From Iphione sp. A-MEVVRFRX5 (lineage: Eukaryota): a DNA stretch of 64,000 bases. The DNA lies in contig OZ320317.1 in assembly GCA_976226885.1 (NCBI GenBank), forward strand, positions 36,084,001-36,148,000, in the 5' to 3' direction. This document shows positions 37,920 through 46,439 of the stretch, piece by piece. The position numbers and the translations under genes were made by a program. The notes beneath the pieces are model-generated. The model had not been told where the DNA came from, searched no databases, and worked only from the letters and a program-made list of their open reading frames with translations. The number at the start of each line of letters is the position of its first letter. Position 1 is the first letter of the stretch.

Positions 37920-40900
37920 AGTTTGTGAGAGCCCCTCGACCCTAGAAGAGCACCTGCGTAGGGTGACGGTGGATGACGAAGGTTGGCGGCAAGTCCGGCT
38001 AGATGGCGACCCGGACAGGACGGGACGAGGAATCATCGTGAGCGGCTACGTTCAAGGTCAGAGGATTCAGTGGTTGGTGGACACTGGGGCCTCCCTCACC
38101 TTGCTGAGCGCGCGGAAGGCGGCCACCCTTCGCTTGGGACACCCAGAAGACGTGCCCGGACGAGTGTTGTGTGCGGATGGGAACCCCCTACAGGTGGAGG
38201 GACGCGTGGAGGTAGAGGTGACCCTCGACGGGGTCCGGTTACCGGTAACTGTGTTAGTGGCGAACATCGACTGTGACGGCATACTAGGCATGGACACTCT
38301 CACCCGTTGGAGAGCAGTGTTGGACACCTCTGCCTCTGTCCTACATCTGACGTTGCCCGCGGAAGCGCCTGCGAGAAGTCGATTGGTGAGGTTAGCCGAG
38401 GATACAGCAGTGGAAGGCGGTAGCATAAGTTATGCAGAGGTGACCCTGGAGCCGGGCACGGGTACCGCCGAGGAGGTCCTGGTGGAAGGAGCGGCGGGGT
38501 TTGAGGCCAAGACAGGAGTCCGCGTAGCCAGGTCGCTGTGGGAGGCTGACACCAGTACCGGCTGGGTGCCCGTGTGCAACCCAGGGTGTTCCCGCGTGCG
38601 TTTACGGAAAGGGATGGTGGTCGGACAGACCTCGGCCGTGAAGCTGAGTGCCCCGGAAGATGGACCGACAGAAGAGGTCAAGAGCTGCAAGCCTAGCCCA
38701 GCGGTCGAGCTGTTGAAGTCCAGTCTCCCCGACGAATTGTCGACCTCCGAGAAAGAAGCGATAGGGCAGATGCTGGAACGTTGTCGAGAAGTTTTCCAAG
38801 AAGAAGGAGGGTCGTTGGGACGTACCGACGTGATCGCGCATGGGATAGATACTCAAGGGCACTCCCCTCTTCGCCAGAGAGTGCGACGCCTTCCCCCCCA
38901 GAAGAGGAAGATCGTACAGCAGGAGATTGAGAGTATGATGAAGAAAGGCGTCATCGAACCCTCCACTAGTCCGTGGGCCTCTCCGGTGGTGTTGGTACGG
39001 AAGAAGGACGGCGGGTGGAGGTTTTGTATAGACTACCGCGGCCTGAACCGGGTTACCAAGAAGGACGCGTATCCTTTACCACGAATCGATGACACCTTAG
39101 ACGCTCTACAAGGGGCTACGTACTTCTCAGCCATCGACCTAGCTGCGGGGTACTGGCAAGTGAAGTTAAAGCCCGAAGACCGTGAGAAGACCGCCGTGTG
39201 TACCACCTCCGGATTATTCCAGTTTACCGTGATGCCATTCGGACTGTGTAACGCTCCATCGACGTTCGAGCGACTCATGGAGGCAGTACTTCGGGGGTTG
39301 GTAGGACAAACCTGCCTCGTCTACCTAGATGATGTTATTATCATAGGGAAGGATGTGAACGAGATGGTTGATCACCTTGAAGAAGTGTTCCTTCGGTTAT
39401 CCGCTGCGGGCCTGAAAGTGAAACCCAGTAAATGTCAGCTATTCCGAAGAGAGGTCGCTTACTTGGGACATCTAGTCTCAGCCGAAGGAGTTGGGCCCGA
39501 TCCGGGGAAGATTGCAGCAGTTCAGAAGTGGCCGCGGCCACGGTGTCTAACGGAACTAAGGAGCTTCCTGGGGTTATGCTCCTATTACCGGAGCTTTGTA
39601 AAAGGGTTTGCTATGTTGACTGCTCCCCTGAATGCCCTTCTACAGAAAGAGGCGGAATTCCGTTGGAATAGCGATTGCGAGACGGCGTTTGAAGACTTGA
39701 AGAATCGTCTCACGTCCGCTCCCATTTTAGGATACCCACGGCCCGACGGAAACCTTCATCTGGATACAGACGCCTCGGCCGGGGGCATCGGAGCGGTCCT
39801 TGCCCAGGATCAGGACGGCGTAGAACGGGTGCTCGCTTACGCAAGCCGGACCCTGACGAAGGCTGAGCGCAATTATTGTGTCACACGGAAAGAGCTATTA
39901 GCGGTGGTGTTCGGCTTGAGGAAATTCCGACCGTATTTGGGAGACCAACATGTGACTATTCGCACTGACCACAATTCCCTACGCTGGCTCTGTCAATTCA
40001 AGGAGCCGGAGGGGCAGCTGGCCCGTTGGCTCGAAGAAGTGTATACGTACAACCTCACCATCATTCACCGCCCTGGGCGGAACCATGGTAACGCCGACGG
40101 GTTGTCACGGGTGGAGTGTACACAGTGCGGACGCCGGGAAGTGACCGAGGAGACAGCCCGAGTTGGTTCAGTGCAGTTGGCCGAAGAAACTGGTAGCGCC
40201 CTTCAAGAAGCCCAATACGCCGAGCGGATGTCTAAGGCCCTGTTGCTTGCCCTCCGCGGAGGGGTTGAAGATGAAGAGCTGCCTGCCCCCTGCGATGCAG
40301 AAGAGCGCTGGCTTCTTGGAGAGAGAGCCAGGCTGGTAGAAGATGGTGGCGTCCTCCGTCGGAGATGGGAGAGAGAAGACGGGAGCGTGCTGTTGCAGAC
40401 CTATGTGCCTAGGGCTCTCCGACATCCCATCTGGCAACACGTACACGCTGGGCCGATGGGGGGACATCTGGGGATCAAGAAGACCGAAGGAGCTCTACGC
40501 CTGAGGTACTGTTGGCCCCATTTGCGGAAAGACGTAGAGTGGTGGGGACAGAGTTGTGTGACTTGCCAGCAGGTTAAGGCCCCATCGATCAAACACAGAG
40601 GACCACTACTAGCCCGCCCGGTGGCTGGCCCTTGGGAGTTCGTTGCCGTTGACGTCTGTGGTCCGTTCCCGCAAACGCGTCGAGGGCATCGGTTCATTAT
40701 AGTGGTCGCGGACCATTTTACCAAGTGGGTGGAAGCCTTCCCCACTCCTGACGGCACTGCCGAGACTACAGCCCGAGTACTTCTACAGGAAGTAGTGTGT
40801 CGGTTCGGCCCCCCACGAGCGGTGCATTCAGACCAAGGACGTAATTTCGAGTCAGCAGTGTTTCGGGAACTTCTGCAACTCCTCGGTATTGAGAAGTCCC

Positions 40901-43900
40901 GCACCACACCTTACCACCCACAAAGCGACGGGGTGGTGGAGCGGTTTAACCGAACCCTAGCGAAGATGTTGGCCGCTGTAGTAGATGAAGAACAATCTGA
41001 CTGGGATGAACGAGTTCCTTTCGTGGTTGCAGCATACCGGGCCACCCCCCATTCCAGTACGGGCTTCACCCCGAACTGGTTGATGCTCCACAGAGAGACG
41101 ACACTTCCGGCTGAATTGATGTTCGGTGCACCACCCGGGGAGGTGCCCCCCAGGGGGGAGTTAGTGAGCAGGACACAAGGACGCATCGTCGAGGCCTATC
41201 AGTTGGCGAGGGAGCGTCTCCAGAGATCAGCAGTACGTCAGAAGGATTACTACGACCGGCACGTGCGAAGTCAGACGTTTCAACCAGGGGCATTGGTGTG
41301 GTTGCTCAACCCCACGAAGAAAGTTGGACGTTCCCCGAAGTTAGAGAAGACCTGGCAAGGGCCCTGGATTGTCAGTGAGCGGCTATCAGACGTTGTTTAT
41401 CGTGTGAAGAACGGATCTAAGCAACGAGTAGTACATACAGATTTACTGAAACCTGCATCGCAGCCCCCGAGTGACAACGTCATAGGGGTGGTGAATATGC
41501 TGCGGACACGTAGCCCAGGGGCGCATGTCCCCGAGGGGAGACCACGAGTTGATGTGCAAGGAAGGACGAGAGAGGTCACGACGGGCCTTGTGGGGGGGCA
41601 GGGGGGGCTGAAGGACCCCCGGCCCTCCCCTCGTCTGCCCCTGCCGAGGGTGCATCACCAAACAGGGGGAGGACCGAAACCCCCACCTCGCTGGTATCGT
41701 CGGGACTCTGTGGTCCAAAAGAGAGAAGAACCTCCTCGGGACGCGAGCCGCTGGCTAGAAGGGGAGCGACCTCCCCCACCTTCTCGACGTGGCCCATGTG
41801 GGCCTGTGCGGGAGAATGCGGACCTCCCCACGGAAAGTAGATGGAAACCTCGGACACGCCTGGAAGGAGCATGGGTGAAACTCCTTGCCCCACTCCTTCA
41901 GAGAACTTACCTGGCAGGCATATTATCCAGACAAGGAGGCCGGAGAGGAGGAGATTACAGGTTCGGACGGTTGATGTGGAAGGTAAAGGGATTCAGAAGA
42001 AAGATGGATCAACGGTTAGGAAGCCTCACCACTACCGCGATCTTCGCTGAATTAGGCAGGTTGAACGAGGAACGCTACAGGAGGTCTCAAGCGTGGAAAG
42101 AAACTAATCTTCGTTCTCCGCACCATCGGCGGAGAAGGGCGGAGAATCGAGACGTGGCGGAGATCGAAGCCCAGGCGGCGAACGACACAAGAGCGGAGAA
42201 ACGTCGGCGACGGAGTTCTACCCCAGTGCGAGGAAATAAGAACAGGCGGGGAGAAGAAAACGATTGGAATCGACACGAAACCTTAGCCCATTTTCGGAGA
42301 AAACAACGAGGCGGAGGGTTGCATGATGACGACCCGCCGCTACGGCGGAGAAGCGAAAGCTCGCGTGGCACGAGATTCGAATGGACCAATCAGCGGCCGG
42401 CGGAGACAGGCCAAGGGCTATATAAGGAGAGCGTCGTGCGGGGTACCCTCCCCATTCGACAATTCGATTTCGTGGAATACAGAACTCGTGGCGGAGACAA
42501 AATCGACAGCGGTTCCTGTTTTGGTGCGGAGGGCGACAATTGGCGTGTCCCGACGGCTGCGCAGAAACGATCTTCGCTGGGGACCTTGCGAGGCGGAGAA
42601 TACGAGGGCGGCGGAGACTGGTGCGGAGAATACAGCGACGGCGGAGAATCGGGGACGTGCGGAGTAACAGGCGCCACTATGCCAGACTGCCAGTTTTGCT
42701 GCAGCGACTGTGGCTTGAAGTTCAAGCGCAAGGCCAATCTCATCAGGCACTTCAAGGTCCATGAGAAGAGTGGGTTCGGGCGACGATGCCCCGTGCCTCG
42801 TTGTCAAGGCAAGATATTCAAGAGAAGAGATGACTTCCGTCGTCATCTGCGCCGAGTACATCGAGACTACCCCCCACACTACCTGGCCCTGGGGCAGGAT
42901 GTAGATGTGGAGTTTTTGACGTATCGCCTGGTTGACGGGTCACTACAGGGGATTACTACAGAGGTGCCACCGCAGAGAGCCAGGGAGTTCGCCCGACAGC
43001 AGGAGGACGAGGCCTTCGAACGTGAGAAGGAGGCAGCCATGATGAGGGGAGAGGAGCCGCCGAGAAAGAAGAAGCGCTCGAAAATAGAGGACGATTCTGA
43101 AGACGAGAGTGGCGAGGATGAGGATTCAGAGCCGGACGATGATGACGGGGGAACATCCGCCTCTGGGAGTGGAGCGACGGCGACCCGACCTGCCGGTGAG
43201 AAGAGGTCAAGGGCGTCGTCTAGATCGGAGCCCCAGCCCTCTACTTCATCCTGTGCTGACCCTCAACCGTCCACATCAAGAGGCACAGGAGGGAAGAAGC
43301 GCCCCCCTTCGGCAGCCAGGGGGCGACCCGCAACACCTTCCCCTGGCTCATCCCCGGCGAGCAGCTGCACGCTGCACCCCCCCACAGTGACCAGCACCAG
43401 CGGAGTGGGGACAACACCGTGCAGCCTACCTGCCCCGCCCCGAGTGGCGCGGGCTACCACTACGGCCAGCACCCCCCAGACAGGCGGCATGCATCTCCAG
43501 CTGTGGGGGTTGGACTCTGAGAGCGTGCCCTCCACGCCTGCACTCACCCCTCAACTAGTCGAAGCTGCAAGGGTGAGCGAGTGGCGGCATCATCGTTCGG
43601 CAGAGGACGAAGGAAGAAGACGGCCAGGGTCTGGCACCCCAGCCTCTAGCACGGTCTCTCCGATCACCCCTGGCCGTGGGTGGGATTTATCAGATCCCCG
43701 TCGTCCTCGAGGGAGAGGCCTGGGAAAGAAGACGACGTCGCCAGCCCAGTCTCCCCCCTGGACCAGAAGCCGGGGACCCCCGACCCCTTCCACCCCTATG
43801 TCGGGGGTGTCTTCTAGTTACGCGGGTGCAGCAGAAGAACTGGACCGTCGACTCGAAGAGATGCGCTCCCCTTCGGGACTTTCGCCAGTGCCAGAGAGCG

Positions 43901-44898
43901 AAGAAGAGCGGACTTCCCCCAAGCGAACGGTGTTTTCGGTGACCGAGTCGGAGAGGGATGAGGGAGAAGTTCGCCCAGGAGCACCCAGCCGGGTGGGAGG
44001 CAAGACGTCTGGCGTGCCCGCGGCGGAAGCCCCACCTACACCGGGCGATCCCGACGAGACGGTCCCGAGGGACGGCTGTGGGGCTGCTGCAGGGTCCGCT
44101 AGGGCCCTCCCCCAGTCCCCGACGGTCGACTCCGAGGGCCACCGCGAGCCGCCATCTGAAGAGGCCCCCCCGAGCGGACGCAATTCGCCAGCCGGCAGCG
44201 ATGGAGTCCCACCTGGGGAGGAGGAGGGTGTCCCTCTTCCGCCTGATCAGCCATCCAGGCAACCCCGAGGGACTCCAAGAGAGGCTGGCCCGGACGCTGA
44301 CCCGGGCATCGTGGCGGCCCCGGAGGTTGGAGGCGACGGCAACTTGACAGCGGCTCACGGGTCCTCCCCCGAGAGGGAGGATCAACCTGCTGGGCCACTT
44401 GGCGTAGGGCCCGCCGATGCGGGTCCCACCGACGAGGGCGGCACCGAGGGCGACGAACAAGACATCGCGGATGAGGGCGACCAAGGAGACGCAGGGCCGG
44501 CTGACCAAGGGGCAGGCCCTCAGGCTCCCGCACGACCGCGGTGGCCTACCTGGTCAGTGCAAGAGGAGGACGAGCTCTACACCTGGGCGTATGGGCGAGC
44601 CCTCACAACGACTGAGCGACCCCCGGACGGCTGGCAGTTCTTGTCGGCTGTCACTCGAGTGAGGATGCAGCTCCAGGGGGCGAGGCCCCAAGTGCAGTTT
44701 GATCATCGAGCTGACTTCCGGCAAGTGGAAGAGACCCCCGGACAATCCATCTGGACGTGGTTTAGACTACGGTCCGGCCGGACCCAGGGTCCCCGGATGC
44801 GAGTATCCTATCAGGACGTTAGTGTCTCGGCACGAGACCTAAGGACCTCCACATTGGAGTGTGATGAACTGTTTTGCCAGGAAGAGGTTGGCCAGTAG
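37876..44898 (+). CDS. pol: Pol polyprotein (protease, RT, RNase H, integrase) with about 1140-aa in-frame C-terminal extension; entered by -1 frameshift
   Basis: PR DTG at 38080; RT YLDD at 39322-39333; RH DTDASAGGIG at 39763; IN H-H-C-C at 40444-40566 and D(40651)-D(40831)-35-E(40939); GPY/F-like WQGPW; typical IN end near 41460; no stop until 44896-44898. Confidence 0.93.
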   Translation, partial: KRGTGRSQSVERAAGVCESPSTLEEHLRRVTVDDEGWRQVRLDGDPDRTGRGIIVSGYVQGQRIQWLVDTGASLTLLSARKAATLRLGHPEDVPGRVLCADGNPLQVEGRVEVEVTLDGVRLPVTVLVANIDCDGILGMDTLTRWRAVLDTSASVLHLTLPAEAPARSRLVRLAEDTAVEGGSISYAEVTLEPGTGTAEEVLVEGAAGFEAKTGVRVARSLWEADTSTGWVPVCNPGCSRVRLRKGMVVGQTSAVKLSAPEDGPTEEVKSCKPSPAVELLKSSLPDELSTSEKEAIGQMLERCREVFQEEGGSLGRTDVIAHGIDTQGHSPLRQRVRRLPPQKRKIVQQEIESMMKKGVIEPSTSPWASPVVLVRKKDGGWRFCIDYRGLNRVTKKDAYPLPRIDDTLDALQGATYFSAIDLAAGYWQVKLKPEDREKTAVCTTSGLFQFTVMPFGLCNAPSTFERLMEAVLRGLVGQTCLVYLDDVIIIGKDVNEMVDHLEEVFLRLSAAGLKVKPSKCQLFRREVAYLGHLVSAEGVGPDPGKIAAVQKWPRPRCLTELRSFLGLCSYYRSFVKGFAMLTAPLNALLQKEAEFRWNSDCETAFEDLKNRLTSAPILGYPRPDGNLHLDTDASAGGIGAVLAQDQDGVERVLAYASRTLTKAERNYCVTRKELLAVVFGLRKFRPYLGDQHVTIRTDHNSLRWLCQFKEPEGQLARWLEEVYTYNLTIIHRPGRNHGNADGLSRVECTQCGRREVTEETARVGSVQLAEETGSALQEAQYAERMSKALLLALRGGVEDEELPAPCDAEERWLLGERARLVEDGGVLRRRWEREDGSVLLQTYVPRALRHPIWQHVHAGPMGGHLGIKKTEGALRLRYCWPHLRKDVEWWGQSCVTCQQVKAPSIKHRGPLLARPVAGPWEFVAVDVCGPFPQTRRGHRFIIVVADHFTKWVEAFPTPDGTAETTARVLLQEVVCRFGPPRAVHSDQGRNFESAVFRELLQLLGIEKSRTTPYHPQSDGVVERFNRTLAKMLAAVVDEEQSDWDERVPFVVAAYRATPHSSTGFTPNWLMLHRETTLPAELMFGAPPGEVPPRGELVSRTQGRIVEAYQLARERLQRSAVRQKDYYDRHVRSQTFQPGALVWLLNPTKKVGRSPKLEKTWQGPWIVSERLSDVVYRVKNGSKQRVVHTDLLKPASQPPSDNVIGVVNMLRTRSPGAHVPEGRPRVDVQGRTREVTTGLVGGQGGLKDPRPSPRLPLPRVHHQTGGGPKPPPRWYRRDSVVQKREEPPRDASRWLEGERPPPPSRRGPCGPVRENADLPTESRWKPRTRLEGAWVKLLAPLLQRTYLAGILSRQGGRRGGDYRFGRLMWKVKGFRRKMDQRLGSLTTTAIFAELGRLNEERYRRSQAWKETNLRSPHHRRRRAENRDVAEIEAQAANDTRAEKRRRRSSTPVRGNKNRRGEENDWNRHETLAHFRRKQRGGGLHDDDPPLRRRSESSRGTRFEWTNQRPAETGQGLYKESVVRGTLPIRQFDFVEYRTRGGDKIDSGSCFGAEGDNWRVPTAAQKRSSLGTLRGGEYEGGGDWCGEYSDGGESGTCGVTGATMPDCQFCCSDCGLKFKRKANLIRHFKVHEKSGFGRRCPVPRCQGKIFKRRDDFRRHLRRVHRDYPPHYLALGQDVDVEFLTYRLVDGSLQGITTEVPPQRAREFARQQEDEAFEREKEAAMMRGEEPPRKKKRSKIEDDSEDESGEDEDSEPDDDDGGTSASGSGATATRPAGEKRSRASSRSEPQPSTSSCADPQPSTSRGTGGKKRPPSAARGRPATPSPGSSPASSCTLHPPTVTSTSGVGTTPCSLPAPPRVARATTTASTPQTGGMHLQLWGLDSESVPSTPALTPQLVEAARVSEWRHHRSAEDEGRRRPGSGTPASSTVSPITPGRGWDLSDPRRPRGRGLGKKTTSPAQSPPWTRSRGPPTPSTPMSGVSSSYAGAAEELDRRLEEMRSPSGLSPVPESEEERTSPKRTVFSVTESERDEGEVRPGAPSRVGGKTSGVPAAEAPPTPGDPDETVPRDGCGAAAGSARALPQSPTVDSEGHREPPSEEAPPSGRNSPAGSDGVPPGEEEGVPLPPDQPSRQPRGTPREAGPDADPGIVAAPEVGGDGNLTAAHGSSPEREDQPAGPLGVGPADAGPTDEGGTEGDEQDIADEGDQGDAGPADQGAGPQAPARPRWPTWSVQEEDELYTWAYGRALTTTERPPDGWQFLSAVTRVRMQLQGARPQVQFDHRADFRQVEETPGQSIWTWFRLRSGRTQGPRMRVSYQDVSVSARDLRTSTLECDELFCQEEVGQ
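42129..42664 (+). promoter_or_regulatory. Putative internal promoter with CCAAT box, TATA box and 14 GCGGAG sites
   Basis: CCAATCAG at 42386-42393; TATATAAGGAG at 42419-42429 (same 11-mer as the LTR TATA). GCGGAG at 42129, 42139, 42157, 42193, 42311, 42345, 42400, 42491, 42526, 42593, 42611, 42623, 42641, 42659. Confidence 0.75.
42679..44898 (+). CDS. Putative element-encoded C2H2 zinc-finger transcription factor (739 aa), in frame with pol
   Basis: ATG in GCCACTATG context, the first ATG after the internal TATA. ZF1 CSDC-x3-F-x5-L-x2-H-x3-H (42700-42762); ZF2 CPVPRC-x4-F-x5-F-x2-H-x4-H (42787-42861). NLS-like PPRKKKRSK (43057-43083), acidic tract, long P/S/T/E-rich region, aromatic-rich C-terminal ~120 aa. 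Confidence 0.8.
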   Translation: MPDCQFCCSDCGLKFKRKANLIRHFKVHEKSGFGRRCPVPRCQGKIFKRRDDFRRHLRRVHRDYPPHYLALGQDVDVEFLTYRLVDGSLQGITTEVPPQRAREFARQQEDEAFEREKEAAMMRGEEPPRKKKRSKIEDDSEDESGEDEDSEPDDDDGGTSASGSGATATRPAGEKRSRASSRSEPQPSTSSCADPQPSTSRGTGGKKRPPSAARGRPATPSPGSSPASSCTLHPPTVTSTSGVGTTPCSLPAPPRVARATTTASTPQTGGMHLQLWGLDSESVPSTPALTPQLVEAARVSEWRHHRSAEDEGRRRPGSGTPASSTVSPITPGRGWDLSDPRRPRGRGLGKKTTSPAQSPPWTRSRGPPTPSTPMSGVSSSYAGAAEELDRRLEEMRSPSGLSPVPESEEERTSPKRTVFSVTESERDEGEVRPGAPSRVGGKTSGVPAAEAPPTPGDPDETVPRDGCGAAAGSARALPQSPTVDSEGHREPPSEEAPPSGRNSPAGSDGVPPGEEEGVPLPPDQPSRQPRGTPREAGPDADPGIVAAPEVGGDGNLTAAHGSSPEREDQPAGPLGVGPADAGPTDEGGTEGDEQDIADEGDQGDAGPADQGAGPQAPARPRWPTWSVQEEDELYTWAYGRALTTTERPPDGWQFLSAVTRVRMQLQGARPQVQFDHRADFRQVEETPGQSIWTWFRLRSGRTQGPRMRVSYQDVSVSARDLRTSTLECDELFCQEEVGQ

Positions 44899-45280
44899 CT
44901 TCAGTAAGACTCTTCAAACCGTAAGTTACCTCTAAGATATTGTTTTTAAGAGTGGCTAGTATAGGCCATTGGTCTAGAATTAAACGAGGTCTCGTGCCAT
45001 ATACTTTAGAACTTAGGACAAGAAGGACTTGCATACCGTCGCTTTAGCTATGTGATATTCACTTCAGATTTGAGTAGAATAAGTAACTTAGAGAATAGCA
45101 GTCAAGTACATGACAGAATTGGTTAGCGTGTTACTGCTGTCCAGTTGGACAATTATTTTCTTGCATGGGCCTGCCCAGTCCAAGGTGGGAACCCTCCTTT
45201 TCCCTCCAGGATTATTCTGTGTATGTTAAATCATTACCTACATGTAAGATCGGACTTACTCAGGGACTGAGTTAGATTTT

Positions 45281-45292
45281 AGGAGGGAGTAG
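45281..45292 (+). other. Polypurine tract
   Basis: AGGAGGGAGTAG immediately before the 3' LTR. Confidence 0.9.
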
Positions 45293-45476
45293 TGTAGCGG
45301 AGGTACTCCGCAGTTACTAAGGTTCCGCAATTATCTAGTGCTCCGCCACTTATGGCTACATGTATATAAGGAGGGTGTGCGGAGAAGTCAGTTCAGTTCT
45401 CGTTTTGACGTTGAATAAACAACACCTCTTCTACAAAGACGCCTTTATTGAAATATGTTGAGGTCGGGTCGTAACA
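45293..45476 (+). repeat. 3' LTR (184 bp)
   Basis: Identical by eye to the 5' LTR; AATAAA at 45414-45419. Confidence 0.98.
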
Positions 45477-46439
45477 ATATGAATGTATCCTAACGATCAA
45501 AGCTGAACTAAATAGAGGTGTATTACAGTGTCCTATCTTGCTTGTGAATTTAGTTATTTTCTTTATTCTGGTACCATTTCTTACGTTTCAAAAGGGAAAC
45601 AGGAGGGTACATGCCCACCTCAAACCGTGCGTGTCAGGGACAAACCCCAGTTATCACCCCCAGTCCATGGGTCCATGGGTTCCATGGGTACAAAGAACAG
45701 CTTCAGGAGCCTGGCGTTCACTGCCTACGAAAGGTTTTTGACAGATGCATGAGATGTATTCAGGCATATTTAGAGCATTTCATAGATACGGCTTCGCTGA
45801 AATAAGTGTCCCAGACCAAAGGAATATTCTTGTTGAAAGTATCATTCCCAGTTCATACCACGATAGTGAAATCCCTTGTTCGCCACTTACAGAACAAGAA
45901 CGTTTCATATAGATGCACATAATACGTAGTCTGCTAGAACTTATACCAACAATATGAGTTGTACACAAGGCAATTACATTCGCGCTATTTACTGAGAGTT
46001 AAGTACGCACACCATTAAAAATCTTCCTACAACTCTCTTGCACCGCCTGACAAATTTAGGAATCGATGAGGGGAACCGGGGAGATCCACCTGTATCGATG
46101 TCATTAGTTCATCTTCATTAAGTTGTGGCAGATAGATGAAACCATTGGTCTCACTAGCGATGCGACAACTCAAGCTTCCTACCAAAGCTGTCCATGACTT
46201 TTTTTTCAGGGACAATACCACTAATTCGTGTGTGTCTGGTGTCATCTTCATACAGGAGTTTCATAGGAACAGACTGTCCCCATTTGATAACCCAACCTAC
46301 AACCAGCGGCAGACACAGACGGCCTGACGGAAGGTAAAGTACCATCTACACGGACATGTACTGCATCTTGGAGAGGAAGAGTCAGCCTCGCCACGAGTTG
46401 TTTATACCATGGGCCACGAAGGAGATAAGCAGTACTTAC

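Larger units (their letters stand above)
36440..45476 (+). mobile_element. Full-length Ty3/Gypsy LTR retrotransposon (9037 bp) with an extra zinc-finger ORF, antisense within an SF3A3 intron
   Basis: TG...CA LTRs at both ends, 4-bp TSD ATAT (36436-36439, 45477-45480), PBS, PPT, gag and PR-RT-RH-IN domain order. Confidence 0.98.

Noticed and set aside
42661-42678. AACAG before the ZF ATG as a splice acceptor for an env-like spliced mRNA
   Set aside because: The upstream sequence is purine-rich with no polypyrimidine tract; the internal-promoter model fits better.
36592-44533. Antisense and alternate-frame ORFs over the retrotransposon (e.g. 36592-37152, 43690-44508)
   Set aside because: Shadow ORFs of GC-rich coding sequence with no motifs.
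42679-44898. Third ORF as an envelope (env) gene
   Set aside because: No signal peptide, transmembrane helix or furin/fusion-peptide pattern; it has zinc fingers and an NLS instead.
45690-46350. Protein-like fragments on the minus strand (e.g. IASETNGFIYLPQLNEDELMTSIQVDLPG)
   Set aside because: Multiple stops and frame changes; no family recognised.
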